From Candidatus Omnitrophota bacterium (GTDB lineage: Bacteria; Omnitrophota; Gorgyraeia; Gorgyraeales; Gorgyraeaceae): DNA of 64,000 nucleotides. Position 1 is the stretch's first letter, and every line of letters starts with the position of its first letter. The notes below the pieces were generated by a model that saw only the letters and a list, made by a program, of their open reading frames with translations, searched no databases and had not been told where the DNA came from. The translations under genes and the position numbers were made by a program. The stretch covers positions 71,747 to 135,746 of the forward strand of contig DNHS01000051.1 of the NCBI GenBank assembly GCA_003485765.1, in the 5' to 3' direction. Positions 37,653 to 48,277 of this stretch are shown piece by piece.

Positions 37653-38179
37653 ATTTTCCCCGCCATTTTTTCTAAAGCCTTCATGCCATCGCCTGAATTA
37701 ATTATATCCCAACGCTCTAATATCTGAAGCTGGAGGCAATATACCACAAGATATTCTATATCAAAATAATGGCCTGTTTTAATTTCTTCCATCTTCTCCC
37801 ATCTTATCTTATCCAGATGCAATTCGCCATCCATAGGAGAATCCTGGTTCATTGCCCAATGAGCCAATGGCGCAATAAAAGGGTCGAACCCTGTGCTGCC
37901 ACGCAGGTATTTGGCCTGGTCTTTTCCCTTTTTATCTGCCCTTATTCTCGCAAGTTCGTTCCTCAGATTTCTATCAAAGGTCTTCCATTCTTTCAATAGA
38001 GGCAGTTTATCTTCTACATCTTCCGAAGGCCCTGTAGACGCCCTTTCTAAAATATTTCTGTCTTCTTTGCCCAGCTCAAACCTGCATTTTTCAAGAAAAT
38101 CCGAATAAGTAAAAGGCGGCTTCATCCCAAACTGAAGCATTGGTAAACTCGCAATTAAATAATAGTAGCTATTTTTCAT
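37649..38179 (-). CDS. DUF2764-like protein, associated with Chlamydia/spirochaete-type V-ATPase operons
   Basis: 176 aa of unknown function in the E / x / A / B / D / I / K slot, the same position as the hypothetical gene in Chlamydia and Borrelia V-ATPase operons (from memory). Confidence 0.5.
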   Translation of the reverse strand: MKNSYYYLIASLPMLQFGMKPPFTYSDFLEKCRFELGKEDRNILERASTGPSEDVEDKLPLLKEWKTFDRNLRNELARIRADKKGKDQAKYLRGSTGFDPFIAPLAHWAMNQDSPMDGELHLDKIRWEKMEEIKTGHYFDIEYLVVYCLQLQILERWDIINSGDGMKALEKMAGKI

Positions 38180-38778
38180 TTTATTAATTTTGCCAGTTCA
38201 GGATTAAGATAAACACATAGTGTTTCCAATAATCCTTCGTCGCTAAAATCAAAATAAGACTTACCCTTGTCAAAACTTATTGAAAACCCTGTGTTTATAT
38301 TAGCCGAAGGCTTAAATTCCACGCCTGATTTCACTTTGTCTTTTAATTGAGACATAAAGGCGTTTTTTATTTTTTCCAGGTCAACTTTATTTACCAGCGC
38401 CCTTACATCGCCTGCTTGGCCGTTTTTCTCAACATATTTATCTATTAAACCTGCCAGTATGCCTGCTATCTCTTCATTGGACAGGGCCTTATTTATTTCG
38501 CCTGCTATAATCTTATTCAGCATCTTTCTTATATCTTCTTTTAGACTAAGTATGAGATCTCTAGCTGCCTGCTTTATGCTAAGATTGGCGCTTGTTTTGG
38601 TTTTATCAGCCTCTCTATTAGCCTTCTGAATAATTTCATCAGCAAGTTTTCTTGCATCATCCAGAATCTTTCTAGCATCTTGCCTGGCTTTATCCTCTAT
38701 TACCTTTGCCTTTTCCTCTGCTGACTTTATCCCTTCCTGATTTATTTTTTCAAGAAGCTCTTTTAAATTTTCTGACAT
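38176..38778 (-). CDS. ntpE: V-type ATP synthase subunit E
   Basis: 200 aa; long charged N-terminal helix, conserved C-terminal globular region; operon position. Confidence 0.7.
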   Translation of the reverse strand: MSENLKELLEKINQEGIKSAEEKAKVIEDKARQDARKILDDARKLADEIIQKANREADKTKTSANLSIKQAARDLILSLKEDIRKMLNKIIAGEINKALSNEEIAGILAGLIDKYVEKNGQAGDVRALVNKVDLEKIKNAFMSQLKDKVKSGVEFKPSANINTGFSISFDKGKSYFDFSDEGLLETLCVYLNPELAKLIK

Positions 38779-38838
38779 CTCTCACCTCTATATATTGTTT
38801 TTATTTTGATTTCCGCGTAGTTCCGCCTGACTAAAAAC

Positions 38839-39315
38839 CTATTGCAACTCTTTATACAGCCTCTCTACTTCCTGCGGATTTTTGACCACCACCACAGGGC
38901 ATGGAGATTCTCTGAATATTCTCTCGCCTTCGCTATAGGATGCCTCTTTCCAGGATAAGACCTCTTTCAGATCTCCTATCACAAGTAAATCAGCCTTTAA
39001 TTCCTTTGCCTTGTTAGTTACTTCGGTATGAACCTCTCCTCTTAAAATCAAAGATTCAAATTCTACTTTTTTATTTTCCGCAAGGGTTTTAACTCTCTGC
39101 ATAAAAAACTTGGATTGCTGTTCCATATCTATCTCGTATTCCCTTGCCTCAATCTCTACGAATATCCTGCTTTTTAATAACTCCTGTATGGCTTTTTCGT
39201 CTATAACATAAATGGCAGTCAATTTTGCCTGAAGAAGCTTTGCGAGGTAGATTGCATACTTCATAGTAATTATAGAAGCTGGTCCGCCTGCAAGCGGCGT
39301 AACGATATTCTTCAA
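38839..39315 (-). CDS. Universal stress protein (UspA family)
   Basis: [13 protein letters not shown]...KADLLVIGDLKE...PCPVVVVK. Starts at TTG, abutting the stop of ntpD of operon 2. Confidence 0.7.
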   Translation of the reverse strand: MKNIVTPLAGGPASIITMKYAIYLAKLLQAKLTAIYVIDEKAIQELLKSRIFVEIEAREYEIDMEQQSKFFMQRVKTLAENKKVEFESLILRGEVHTEVTNKAKELKADLLVIGDLKEVLSWKEASYSEGERIFRESPCPVVVVKNPQEVERLYKELQ

Positions 39316-39929
39316 TTTCTAATCCTTTCCTTTATGAGCTTCAGCATAGAAAACGCTTCTCTGTCGTATTCGTCAAGCCTGTCGTTTATATACTTTACGC
39401 TATCCTCATAAAAAGGCAGGTATATCTTTTCAAGGGCATTTACCTTTCTTATTGTCTTCTGAACCTCTTTAGCAATCCTTATAAGAGCAATCTTTTTTTC
39501 CGCAAGCTGAGTTATTAACTTCAGGGCTTCTTTGAATTTGACCATAACTTCATCCACATAAAAACTCACTTCATGAGAGCTATAGTATGGAGGATTTTCT
39601 TTTACATTCATAGTTATTATAGGTAAACTCACCCCCATGACCCTTCTTTCAGAAATAGAAAGGCTTGTTTTTATATCTATTGAAAAACTAAGTTCTTCCA
39701 GCCTTTTTCTGCCCATTATAACCACTGCCCTATCCACAAGGCCATACGCCTCCTGTAAGGCGGTGTCTACCTTGCGCTGAATCCTATCCACAATATGCAC
39801 GATAGAGGTCAATTCATTTACGAGAATCCTTCTTTTCTCGTCTAACAGACTATGGCCTTCTCTTGTAAGAGACAATAATTTCTTGGACTTTAAAAGATTT
39901 GTCTTTGTGGCGGCTATGTTAATTTTCAT
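39312..39929 (-). CDS. ntpD: V-type ATP synthase subunit D (operon 2)
   Basis: [36 protein letters not shown]. Confidence 0.8.
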   Translation of the reverse strand: MKINIAATKTNLLKSKKLLSLTREGHSLLDEKRRILVNELTSIVHIVDRIQRKVDTALQEAYGLVDRAVVIMGRKRLEELSFSIDIKTSLSISERRVMGVSLPIITMNVKENPPYYSSHEVSFYVDEVMVKFKEALKLITQLAEKKIALIRIAKEVQKTIRKVNALEKIYLPFYEDSVKYINDRLDEYDREAFSMLKLIKERIRN

Positions 39930-41308
39930 GATTTTTTCTTGTAATGTTTTTTAAGATCTTCTTCGCGTATCCTGACAAGTTCTTCTGCCGGGAGAATTGA
40001 TACTACATCCCACCCCAGATCCAGCCCGTCTTCCAGGGTCCTGCGCTCCATGGGCCCCTGACTCAAGAATTTTTTCTCAAAATCTTCTCCGAATTTTAGG
40101 TATAACTTGTCGAGGTTTGAAAGCTCTTCTTCTCCTATGATTGACGCGAGCGCCCTGACATCTTTCACGTGAGCGTAACACGCGAATAACTGTGAAGCCA
40201 AAGACGGGTGATCGTCTCTAGTCAGGCCTTTTCCTATATTATCTTTCATGAGCCTTGATAGAGACGGAAGCCCTGCTATAGGAGGATATATCCCTCTATT
40301 GTACATCTCTCTCTCGAGAACGATCTGGCCTTCAGTAATGTAACCCGTAAGGTCAGGTATAGGATGCGTGATATCATCGTTAGGCATTGTCAAAATAGGG
40401 ATCTGCGTTATAGAGCCTTTGATTCCTTTTATCATGCCTGCTCTCTCGTATATGCTCGCTAAATCGCTATAAAGATATCCTGGGTAGCCTTTTCTCGCTG
40501 GTATCTCGCCTCTTATCGTGGAAACCTCTCTCAATGCCTCGCAATAATTCGACATGTCTGTCATGATCACAAGGACGTGCATGTTTTTCTTAAACGCCAG
40601 GTATTCAGCGCAGGTCAATGCCAATCTGGGGGTTAAAAGCCTTTCTGTTGACGGACTGTCAGCCAGGCTCAGAAATATCGCGACCCTTTCAAGGACTCCT
40701 GATTCTTCGAAACTCTTTTGGAAAAATCTTGCCGTATCGTATTTAACGCCCATGGCCACGAAGATGACGCAAAAACTTTCTCCCTTGACCTGCGACTGGC
40801 GCGCAATCTGCGTGCCAAGAAGATCGTGCGGCAGGCCGCTTCCTGAGAATATCGGAAGTTTCTGTCCTCTCACGAGCGTATTCATGACGTCTATTGAAGA
40901 AATGCCTGTCTCTATAATATTTTCCGGATAATTTCTTGAAACAGGGTTTATCGCCAGACCGTTCACGTTTACCATTTCATCATACACAGGCTTTGGCATG
41001 CCGTCCAGAGGATTGCCAAGCCCGTCAAAAACCCTGCCCAGAACTTCTTCAGATACTCCTATTAAAAGAGGTTTTTCTTTAAAATTCACCCTGCAATTTT
41101 TTATAGCCAGGCCGCTTGTGCCTCCCAGGACTTCCACGACCGCGAAACCTTTGCCGACCTCAAGCGTAATCCCGAGTCTGGACTTTCCTTCGTCATCGAC
41201 TATCTCCACAATCTCGTTATATCCTACGTTATGGATATTGCGTATGATAAAAATAGGCCCTGTTATTTCTTCTAATCCGACATATTCTCTTAAATTGTAC
41301 TCTTTCAT
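39926..41308 (-). CDS. ntpB: V-type ATP synthase subunit B (operon 2)
   Basis: 460 aa; B-subunit pattern [12 protein letters not shown]...[18 protein letters not shown]. Confidence 0.85.
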   Translation of the reverse strand: MKEYNLREYVGLEEITGPIFIIRNIHNVGYNEIVEIVDDEGKSRLGITLEVGKGFAVVEVLGGTSGLAIKNCRVNFKEKPLLIGVSEEVLGRVFDGLGNPLDGMPKPVYDEMVNVNGLAINPVSRNYPENIIETGISSIDVMNTLVRGQKLPIFSGSGLPHDLLGTQIARQSQVKGESFCVIFVAMGVKYDTARFFQKSFEESGVLERVAIFLSLADSPSTERLLTPRLALTCAEYLAFKKNMHVLVIMTDMSNYCEALREVSTIRGEIPARKGYPGYLYSDLASIYERAGMIKGIKGSITQIPILTMPNDDITHPIPDLTGYITEGQIVLEREMYNRGIYPPIAGLPSLSRLMKDNIGKGLTRDDHPSLASQLFACYAHVKDVRALASIIGEEELSNLDKLYLKFGEDFEKKFLSQGPMERRTLEDGLDLGWDVVSILPAEELVRIREEDLKKHYKKKS

Positions 41309-43072
41309 TTAGAACTCCAATTCTCCGAGCAAGCGCTCTACTTCAGAAGGAAGCTCTGTCATTTTAGCGAGATCCTCTTCTGATTCTGAATATTTAAACC
41401 TCATCCTTATAAGCTCCTGATAAATCTGGTGTTCCTTTATCTCGGCTATGTTTATGCCTTTTTTAATAAGCTCATCGCTTTTTTCGTAAAACTTAACTAT
41501 GGATTTCAACATCAGAAATTGTTTGCGGCTCGAGGAATACGCGTCGATATTATCAAAAGCGCTCTGCTGCAAAAATGTATTCTTGAACATGGCGCACGTC
41601 TCAAGTATCAGCCTCTGCCTGTGGGGCAATATGTCAGGTCCTACAAGTTTGACAACTTGAAGAAGCCTTTGCTCTTTCTGTAAAAGCTCCATTATGGCGT
41701 ATCTCATAGAAAGCCAGTCTTTATCTATATTCTTATGCCACCAGTTTTTCACGTCGTCCAGATACTCTGAATAGCTGTCTATCCAGCTTATAGAAGGGTA
41801 ATGCCTTGCATTCGCGAGGTCCCTGTCGAGCGCCCAGAAACAGCGTATAAATCTCTTTGTGTGAGATGTAACAGGCTCTGAAAAATCTCCGCCTGGAGGA
41901 GAAACAGAAGCGATAATCGTGATAGAGCTGTTTTCATTATTAAGGGTCTTGAATTTGCCTGCCCTTTCATAGAATTCAGCGAGCCTTGAAGGAAGATACG
42001 CTGGAAATCCTTCCTCTAAAGGCATCTCTTCCAGCCTGCCTGAAAGTTCTCTCAAGGCCTCTGCCCATCTTGAAGTAGAGTCTGCCATCAATGCAACATT
42101 ATAACCCATATCGCGGTAATATTCTGCGAGCGTAATACCCGTATAGATGCTGGCTTCTCTTGCCGCAACAGGCATGTTGGACGTATTTGCTATGAATATG
42201 GTCCTTTCCATGATAGGCCTTTTGGTTAGAGGGTCTATAAGTTTAGGGAAATTAAGAAGGATGTCTGTCATTTCATTCCCTCTTTCCCCGCAGCCTACGT
42301 ATATGACTATATCCGCATTGCTCCATTTGGCAATCTGATGCTGGACAACTGTTTTGCCTGTGCCGAATCCTCCCGGCACGACAACGCATCCGCCCTTCGC
42401 AACAGGAAACAGCGTATCAATAACTCTCTGGCCGGTAATAAGAGGCTCATCTACAGGAACCCTTTCTTTGTAAGGCCTGGGGCGTCTAACAGGCCACTTT
42501 TGATACATGAAAATCTCTTTTTCAGAATCCTTTTCTATTAATACCGCGATTTTTTCTTCTAAAGAATATTCGCCTCCACTGGCAATCCATTTAATCTTTC
42601 CATGGGCATCCGGCGGAACTAAAATCTTGTGTTTTATCAAATGGGTTTCCTGAACTGCTCCTATAACTTCTCCTCGCTTTATATAATCGCCTTCTTTTTT
42701 CAAAGGCGCGAAATGCCATTTCTTTTTCCTATCCAGGGCGGTGACGTGAACGCCTCTATTGATATAAAAGCCTTCTTTTTCTTTTAATATTTCAAGCGGG
42801 CGTTGTATTCCGTCGTAGATATTTCCCAATAGCCCGGGCCCTAATTCAACGTACAAAGGAAATCCCTGCGTATAAATAAGGTCCCCTGCTTTAAGTGATG
42901 TAGTGTCTTCGTAAACCTGGATATACGCCTTGTCGTTTTTTAATCTTACAACCTCTCCGACAAGATGTTCCTGGCCTACCTCCACCATGTCCAGCATCCT
43001 TAAGAAAATAACCTCTTCCGCTTCAACAACAGGCCCCGTCACTCTATATACTTTGCCCGCAGTCTTTAACAT
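41309..43072 (-). CDS. ntpA: V-type ATP synthase subunit A (operon 2, catalytic)
   Basis: P-loop [13 protein letters not shown]; 587 aa. Confidence 0.9.
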   Translation of the reverse strand: MLKTAGKVYRVTGPVVEAEEVIFLRMLDMVEVGQEHLVGEVVRLKNDKAYIQVYEDTTSLKAGDLIYTQGFPLYVELGPGLLGNIYDGIQRPLEILKEKEGFYINRGVHVTALDRKKKWHFAPLKKEGDYIKRGEVIGAVQETHLIKHKILVPPDAHGKIKWIASGGEYSLEEKIAVLIEKDSEKEIFMYQKWPVRRPRPYKERVPVDEPLITGQRVIDTLFPVAKGGCVVVPGGFGTGKTVVQHQIAKWSNADIVIYVGCGERGNEMTDILLNFPKLIDPLTKRPIMERTIFIANTSNMPVAAREASIYTGITLAEYYRDMGYNVALMADSTSRWAEALRELSGRLEEMPLEEGFPAYLPSRLAEFYERAGKFKTLNNENSSITIIASVSPPGGDFSEPVTSHTKRFIRCFWALDRDLANARHYPSISWIDSYSEYLDDVKNWWHKNIDKDWLSMRYAIMELLQKEQRLLQVVKLVGPDILPHRQRLILETCAMFKNTFLQQSAFDNIDAYSSSRKQFLMLKSIVKFYEKSDELIKKGINIAEIKEHQIYQELIRMRFKYSESEEDLAKMTELPSEVERLLGELEF

Positions 43073-43075
43073 CTT

Positions 43076-43693
43076 CTAGAACGCTCCCTTCAATAAATCC
43101 ATGTATATATCATCATACAGCCTTTTAAACCTGGCAGAAAACGTATTATCGTAAATAAGCCTGGAATCCTTTGATTGCATGATTACGCCTATATCCTTAA
43201 AATCGCATCTTTTAAATTGAAGCGCAATGCCTTTTATATTTTTTATAAAATCATCTTTTATGATCTCTTCATCCAGGCCTGAATATAAAACTTCAACTTC
43301 TCCCTCGCCTATAACCTTAATGCCTTCCGATATGGCTTTTTCCAGAAACGCTTTATAGCCCTGGTCTTTTCTGAATTCCGCGGCTATCTCTCTTACCTTT
43401 TCAAGCGCTGTTTCTATGAATCTGCTTTTTTCTTCCAGAAAAAGTTTTTTCTTTTCAAGATTCAAGGTAGAAAATATTTTCTGTTTCATCTTCTCTATTT
43501 CAATATCATTTTTTTTAAGAACTTCTTTCTTTTTATTTTCCGCCTCATGGTTCGCTTCTTCCAGGATTTTGGATTTTTCTTTTCTGGCGCTTGTAAGTAT
43601 ATAATCAGCTTGAGCAGTAGCGTCTTCTATTATCTTTCTGCAGATTTCTCCCGCATCTTCTATCTTTGCCTTTGAATAAAGAGATTTGTCCAT
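43076..43693 (-). CDS. ntpE: V-type ATP synthase subunit E (operon 2)
   Basis: 205 aa; charged helical N-terminus; operon position. Confidence 0.65.
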   Translation of the reverse strand: MDKSLYSKAKIEDAGEICRKIIEDATAQADYILTSARKEKSKILEEANHEAENKKKEVLKKNDIEIEKMKQKIFSTLNLEKKKLFLEEKSRFIETALEKVREIAAEFRKDQGYKAFLEKAISEGIKVIGEGEVEVLYSGLDEEIIKDDFIKNIKGIALQFKRCDFKDIGVIMQSKDSRLIYDNTFSARFKRLYDDIYMDLLKGAF

Positions 43694-43995
43694 CAGACGC
43701 TCACTCCTATTATATCCTTCAGATAATCGCCAACGCTTCTCCTATTAGCAGATCCTCCCCTTGAGGGAAGTTCGAGTATGAGAGGCAACTGATTCTTATA
43801 CATAAGATTATCCAGTTCCTGCCTTAAAAATGACACTGCCTTTTCAGTCACCAGAATCACCCCTGCTTCTTCTGTTGCCAGCGCTACTTTTAAGGCCTCT
43901 AGAGCGTCGGAGCGGCTGGAAACTTCTCTAGTCTCTACCCCCGCCAGTCTGAAACCAAGGCCTGATTCCTTATCAGCTATGCAGAAAAACGTCAT
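43693..43995 (-). CDS. ntpF: V-type ATP synthase subunit F
   Basis: 100 aa; MTFFCIADKESGLGFRLAGVETREV...GVILVTEKA is a typical F-subunit pattern. Confidence 0.75.
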   Translation of the reverse strand: MTFFCIADKESGLGFRLAGVETREVSSRSDALEALKVALATEEAGVILVTEKAVSFLRQELDNLMYKNQLPLILELPSRGGSANRRSVGDYLKDIIGVSV

Positions 43996-44324
43996 TAAAT
44001 TTTCCCCAATATCATTATAGCAATAATCAAGCCGTATATCGCAATACCTTCCGCAAGCCCTACGTATATCAGCGCTTTTCCTGCCATCTCCGGTTTCTCG
44101 CTTATCGCGCCTACTGCCGCTGCTCCTACGTGCGCCACCGCAATACCTGCCGCAATCGCGCTAAGGCCGGTTGCGAGCGATGCTGATAAAAATGCCCATC
44201 CGACTATTGCCGGATCAGTTGCAGCCTGCTGCGCCTGCGCCCAAGCAGAGCCGCAAAAAGAGATAAATAGAAAAAATATACAAAGCTTTACAACGCGCCA
44301 CGACCATTTTACAATACGCTCCAT
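43995..44324 (-). CDS. ntpK: V/A-type ATP synthase proteolipid subunit K (single-hairpin c subunit with an N-terminal hydrophobic extension)
   Basis: AIAAGIAVAHVGAAAVGAISEKPE...GLAEGIAIYGLIIAIMIL is a 2-TM hairpin with the conserved carboxylate (E). GTG start at 44330 or ATG at 44324. Confidence 0.7.
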   Translation of the reverse strand: MERIVKWSWRVVKLCIFFLFISFCGSAWAQAQQAATDPAIVGWAFLSASLATGLSAIAAGIAVAHVGAAAVGAISEKPEMAGKALIYVGLAEGIAIYGLIIAIMILGKI

Positions 44325-44339
44325 ACCCACCTCTCTTTC

Positions 44340-46241
44340 TTATATCTTTACTGGTTTATAGGTTTCCTTGCCCGCCATGAAAAACTTTGAGAAAAACTCG
44401 TAATAATTCAGCCTCAAAGACTGTATGGTCACCACAAGGCCTTCTAGAAAAATTATAAGTATATTTCCTAAAATAACAACTAAAAAAGATAGAAACGCGC
44501 CGCCCGAGTGGTTCACTATCTTGGAAAGTTCGAATATAGAGATAAACAGGCCTGCGTGAGCCAGCGCGAAAGCCGCTATGCGTATAAAAGATACTGTGTT
44601 GGCCAGATAGCTCATTCCCACTTCAAGAATATCTACGGAGCTCTCCATAAGCGATACGAAAATTCCATGTTTTTCTTTCTTTAAAAAAGCCTCTATGAAG
44701 GGCTTTAAAAAAAGCAGGGTAAAACCTGCTGATATTACAATAAAATACGCGTTCAAGCCCTGGGTTTTAGCCATAGATATTTTAGTAAAAAGCCCTATGG
44801 CTGCCCAGTAAATTACGCCGCCTATAAGCCCTGCCTTATCAAATATGGCCTTCATATAATCCTTGTCCCGCATGGCGTTTATTATATTTATCAATATGCC
44901 TATTGTCATAAATACGATCCCGAATACCACGCTTATTTTAAATACCTGCATAATATTCTCTATGGGCTTAATCCATAAAGAATGAACCTCTATGCCAAAA
45001 AAACTCCCGTATAAAAATCCGAATATAGCGGAGCTTGCGCCGCAATAAAGCATAAGGCTTGAGGCCTGTTTCGCCTTTTCGTTTTTGCTAATATTTAAAA
45101 ATATGCCTGCCAGCGCCAGCGCTATTCCATGCCCTATGTCTCCGAACATGGCGCCAAACATCACAAGAAAGCTTATTGCAACGAATATTGTAGGGTCAAT
45201 TGTTCCATACCGCGGTATGCCGTAAGAATATGTCAATAATGCAAACGGCTTGAAAAATGCGTTATGCTTAAGTTTCACTGGTATCTCTTCCTTTGGTATG
45301 TTTACTTCTTCCGCATCTTTTGATTCAATGTAGCATCTTTTGTCTATCTTTTTTATCTCTCTTATGACGCTTTCTTTTTCCTCCTTTGGAACCCAGCCTG
45401 AAAAAAGCACTGTTTTATCTGTCATGCACGAATATTTTTTTGCCTCTAATAAAGATTTTTTAAGCCTGACGAGCGAATGTATATTCGATAAATCACTCTG
45501 ATAAGCCTCTCCTATTTTTTTTACCCCGAGTTTTGCATCCAGCGCCTTCTTTTTTATAGCCTCTATCTCCTGGGACAATTTCTCTTCCACATCCTTTGAA
45601 ATATTTTCTGTGTGTTTTGGCAACTCCATCTTTTCCCAGGATATATCTTTTAAAACCCTGTCTATAAAAACCCTGTCGCGCCTGATGCCTATAAATAAAG
45701 CGGTAACCTTATCGCCTTCTTTCTTAAAAGGATAAAATATATAAGGGATATCCTTTAAGCTTCTTTCCATGACTGAAATATTTTTCTCAACCACCTTCCC
45801 TATCGTTACCTCTAAAAAGCTGTACACTGATTCTCTTTTTAAAGAAAAGAGCGGATAGGATTTCAACTGCGAGAATATAGAATTTTTGGTCTCGAGCTCT
45901 GAATCCAATTCCTCTTTCTGGGTAAGGAAAGGGCTTATGTTTTCCTCTACATTTGTAAGGATGTTTTTGATATCGTCGTAAGAAAATGCCTTTATGTCCT
46001 TGGAAACTATAGGAGAAATGCCAAGTTTCCTTAAATTATCCCTCAATCTTGTGTCCAGCTCATCCCATTGGGCGCATTCTTTGTCTATCTCATAAGGGGA
46101 CAGTTCTTTTAATTCATCCTCTATGTGGCGTATGTCAACAGGATGAAATATCCCCAGTTTTAAAAGATGATAGGTTATATCCTCTATCTTTTCTTTTAAA
46201 ACAACTATGCTCAATAATTCCATACTCGATGTTGTCAGCAT
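44340..46241 (-). CDS. ntpI: V-type ATP synthase subunit I (operon 2); alternative start at 46223 (MELLSIV)
   Basis: 633 aa; soluble N-terminal half plus a C-terminal membrane domain with a conserved Arg (LRLNYYEF). Confidence 0.8.
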   Translation of the reverse strand: MLTTSSMELLSIVVLKEKIEDITYHLLKLGIFHPVDIRHIEDELKELSPYEIDKECAQWDELDTRLRDNLRKLGISPIVSKDIKAFSYDDIKNILTNVEENISPFLTQKEELDSELETKNSIFSQLKSYPLFSLKRESVYSFLEVTIGKVVEKNISVMERSLKDIPYIFYPFKKEGDKVTALFIGIRRDRVFIDRVLKDISWEKMELPKHTENISKDVEEKLSQEIEAIKKKALDAKLGVKKIGEAYQSDLSNIHSLVRLKKSLLEAKKYSCMTDKTVLFSGWVPKEEKESVIREIKKIDKRCYIESKDAEEVNIPKEEIPVKLKHNAFFKPFALLTYSYGIPRYGTIDPTIFVAISFLVMFGAMFGDIGHGIALALAGIFLNISKNEKAKQASSLMLYCGASSAIFGFLYGSFFGIEVHSLWIKPIENIMQVFKISVVFGIVFMTIGILINIINAMRDKDYMKAIFDKAGLIGGVIYWAAIGLFTKISMAKTQGLNAYFIVISAGFTLLFLKPFIEAFLKKEKHGIFVSLMESSVDILEVGMSYLANTVSFIRIAAFALAHAGLFISIFELSKIVNHSGGAFLSFLVVILGNILIIFLEGLVVTIQSLRLNYYEFFSKFFMAGKETYKPVKI

Positions 46242-47281
46242 ATATTCAATAGCGAACTTAACTCTTCTTTTTTAAAACCCAGATTCTTGGCGTATAATAC
46301 AGATACTATATTCTTTGACTCATTTCTTTTTAGCACAACATATCCAAGTATGACCCCTATTGTAAAAGGGTATCCTGAAAGCGTTCTTTTAACTTCTTTT
46401 AACAAAACCTCATGAAGGAAATTTTCTATAAGGGGCATGTTTTCTTCTATAAGTTCTCTAATTTTGGCGTACGGGCCAAGCGCTACGCTATCCACAATCT
46501 TTGTAAGCCCGTCGGTCGTATAAAGACTCGCGACGTTCTCTCTATTAATCCTCGCTCCGCCAGGAATCACCCATTCCAGAATATCGCCGGCTGCCAGGCT
46601 GTAATATTTCCTCATCCTTATGAGCCAGTTTATGTTTTCGGCATCTATCTCTATGCCTATGACCCTTTTGGCTATCTCCTGATCGCGGGGAGAAAGCGAT
46701 TCCACGCAGGAAAGAATCCTCTGGTAATAATCCATGTCCAGGCTCGCTTCCAGGTAAAATGTAGAACCTCTTTCTTTGAATTTATCCCTGGCATTTAAAA
46801 TAGGCTTTCTATAAGGAGTATCTTCTAAAAGAATGATTATCTCTTCTATGTTAGGGGCATATATAACCTTTTTATAGTCTATGTTAAAACTTATCTTCCC
46901 GTCTAAAAGAAAATCATTGGTGTTAACCGGTGTTTTTTTATTCCATATCCTCAACGCCGTCTTTAACTGTTCAAGTTCGTACTTTTCTATAAAAAGACTC
47001 ATGAGTTCTTTTTCTGTTTTTCCCGAAGCGGCTCTATATATTTTTCTGTATATATCCAAGTCATTTTTTATGAACCTCTTTTCGATAATCCTGAGATCCG
47101 TGATTTCCTTAGGGATGCTTTCTATTGCGTCTTTATGATATGGCGATTCCTTTAATAGCTCCAAGGCATTATAAACATCTTCCGCCTCCAGCATCCTGGA
47201 AAATAAATCCGGGCTTATCAGAAATGACATCATGGCTCTTATCTTGGCGTTAATAAAAGAATATGTGGAAAGCTCTCGCAT
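46235..47281 (-). CDS. ntpC: V-type ATP synthase subunit C (d subunit)
   Basis: 348 aa all-helical; MRELSTYSFINAKIRAMMSFLIS is a typical C/d-subunit N-terminus. Confidence 0.75.
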   Translation of the reverse strand: MRELSTYSFINAKIRAMMSFLISPDLFSRMLEAEDVYNALELLKESPYHKDAIESIPKEITDLRIIEKRFIKNDLDIYRKIYRAASGKTEKELMSLFIEKYELEQLKTALRIWNKKTPVNTNDFLLDGKISFNIDYKKVIYAPNIEEIIILLEDTPYRKPILNARDKFKERGSTFYLEASLDMDYYQRILSCVESLSPRDQEIAKRVIGIEIDAENINWLIRMRKYYSLAAGDILEWVIPGGARINRENVASLYTTDGLTKIVDSVALGPYAKIRELIEENMPLIENFLHEVLLKEVKRTLSGYPFTIGVILGYVVLKRNESKNIVSVLYAKNLGFKKEELSSLLNIC

Positions 47282-47283
47282 AT

Positions 47284-47601
47284 CTAATCTTTAATTGTTA
47301 TTATCTGAGAGAAAACCTTTTTGGAAACCTCAGAGATGTCCTTGTCTTTTCTCTCTTTAATGGCAAGGGTTTCTTTTCTGACTTCTTTAAGGACATTTTC
47401 TTTTTCAGACATAAATCTTTTTTCTGATTCTTGCTTTTCTTTATAGCTGAAAGCTTCTGCTTCTACGGCTGTCCTGTTTATTATATTCTCTTTCTCTTTT
47501 TTAGCGTCTCTTACGATGCGTTCCGCTTCTTCTTTTGCGTCCTGAAGTATCTTACTGGCTCTTTTCTCTTCCTTTAAAATCTTTTCAACCACATCTTTCA
47601 T
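47284..47601 (-). CDS. V-type ATP synthase subunit G/H (small charged coiled-coil stalk subunit)
   Basis: 105 aa, Lys/Glu-rich coiled coil, first gene of operon 2. Confidence 0.6.
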   Translation of the reverse strand: MKDVVEKILKEEKRASKILQDAKEEAERIVRDAKKEKENIINRTAVEAEAFSYKEKQESEKRFMSEKENVLKEVRKETLAIKERKDKDISEVSKKVFSQIITIKD

Positions 47602-47604
47602 GAT

Positions 47605-48171
47605 TTAGCGGCTCCCTGGTTTTTTTATCTTTATGCCCTTCTTGCATAAAGGGCAATCCTCTTGTCTATAGGTGGGAAAGTCCAGCCTAACTAGACTTTT
47701 TAATCTTACACCAAAATCCAGGGTTTTTCCACTTCTATCTACTACGCAACCCACTCCTATTATTTTGGCGCCTTTTGACTTCACAACCTCTAAAACTTCA
47801 TTTGTAGAAAGCCCTGTTGTTATAACGTCTTCAACCACAAGGACTCTGTCTTCTTTTTTCAGATCAAATCCCCGTCTTAAAACCATCTTGCCTTCCACTC
47901 GCTCTGTGAATAAAGATTTCACCTTTAGGTTCCTGGCGATTTCATAAGAAACTATTACGCCTCCAAGAGCAGGCGCTATTACACATGTAGGTTTATCATC
48001 CTTAAAATAACTCGCTAATTCTCCGCATAATTTCTCAGCTATATCTGGATACTGCAATAATAACGCGCACTGAAAATAATTCCCGCTATGAAGGCCGCTC
48101 GAAAGCCTGAAGTGCCCGCTCAAAAGCGCCCCAGTATCTGTAAATAGTTTCAAAATGTCTTTCTCCTGCAT
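47605..48171 (-). CDS. pyrE: Orotate phosphoribosyltransferase
   Basis: PRPP-binding motif VLVVEDVITTGLST; 188 aa. Confidence 0.85.
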   Translation of the reverse strand: MQEKDILKLFTDTGALLSGHFRLSSGLHSGNYFQCALLLQYPDIAEKLCGELASYFKDDKPTCVIAPALGGVIVSYEIARNLKVKSLFTERVEGKMVLRRGFDLKKEDRVLVVEDVITTGLSTNEVLEVVKSKGAKIIGVGCVVDRSGKTLDFGVRLKSLVRLDFPTYRQEDCPLCKKGIKIKKPGSR

Positions 48172-48193
48172 TATCTTATCACCTCTTTATATC

Positions 48194-48232
48194 TAACTTT
48201 ACAAATTGTGCCAGGCACGAATTGTAAAGTTA
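48194..48232. repeat. Palindromic element, subfamily b: TAACTTTACAAattGTGCCaGGCACgaaTTGTAAAGTTA, in the pyrF-pyrE intergenic region
   Basis: Near-identical to 18625-18664. Confidence 0.6.
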
Positions 48233-48277
48233 GGGAGCGGCTAGACAAAGCTACGCGCAAAAAAATCACTACTGTTA

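Noticed and set aside
32628-43604. Numerous 60-130 aa plus-strand ORFs inside the V-ATPase genes (e.g. 32728-32958, 33873-34196, 40554-40931, 42147-42541)
   Set aside because: All are antisense to strongly supported ATPase subunit genes and have Ser/Pro/Leu-rich compositions typical of antisense frames of AT-rich genes.
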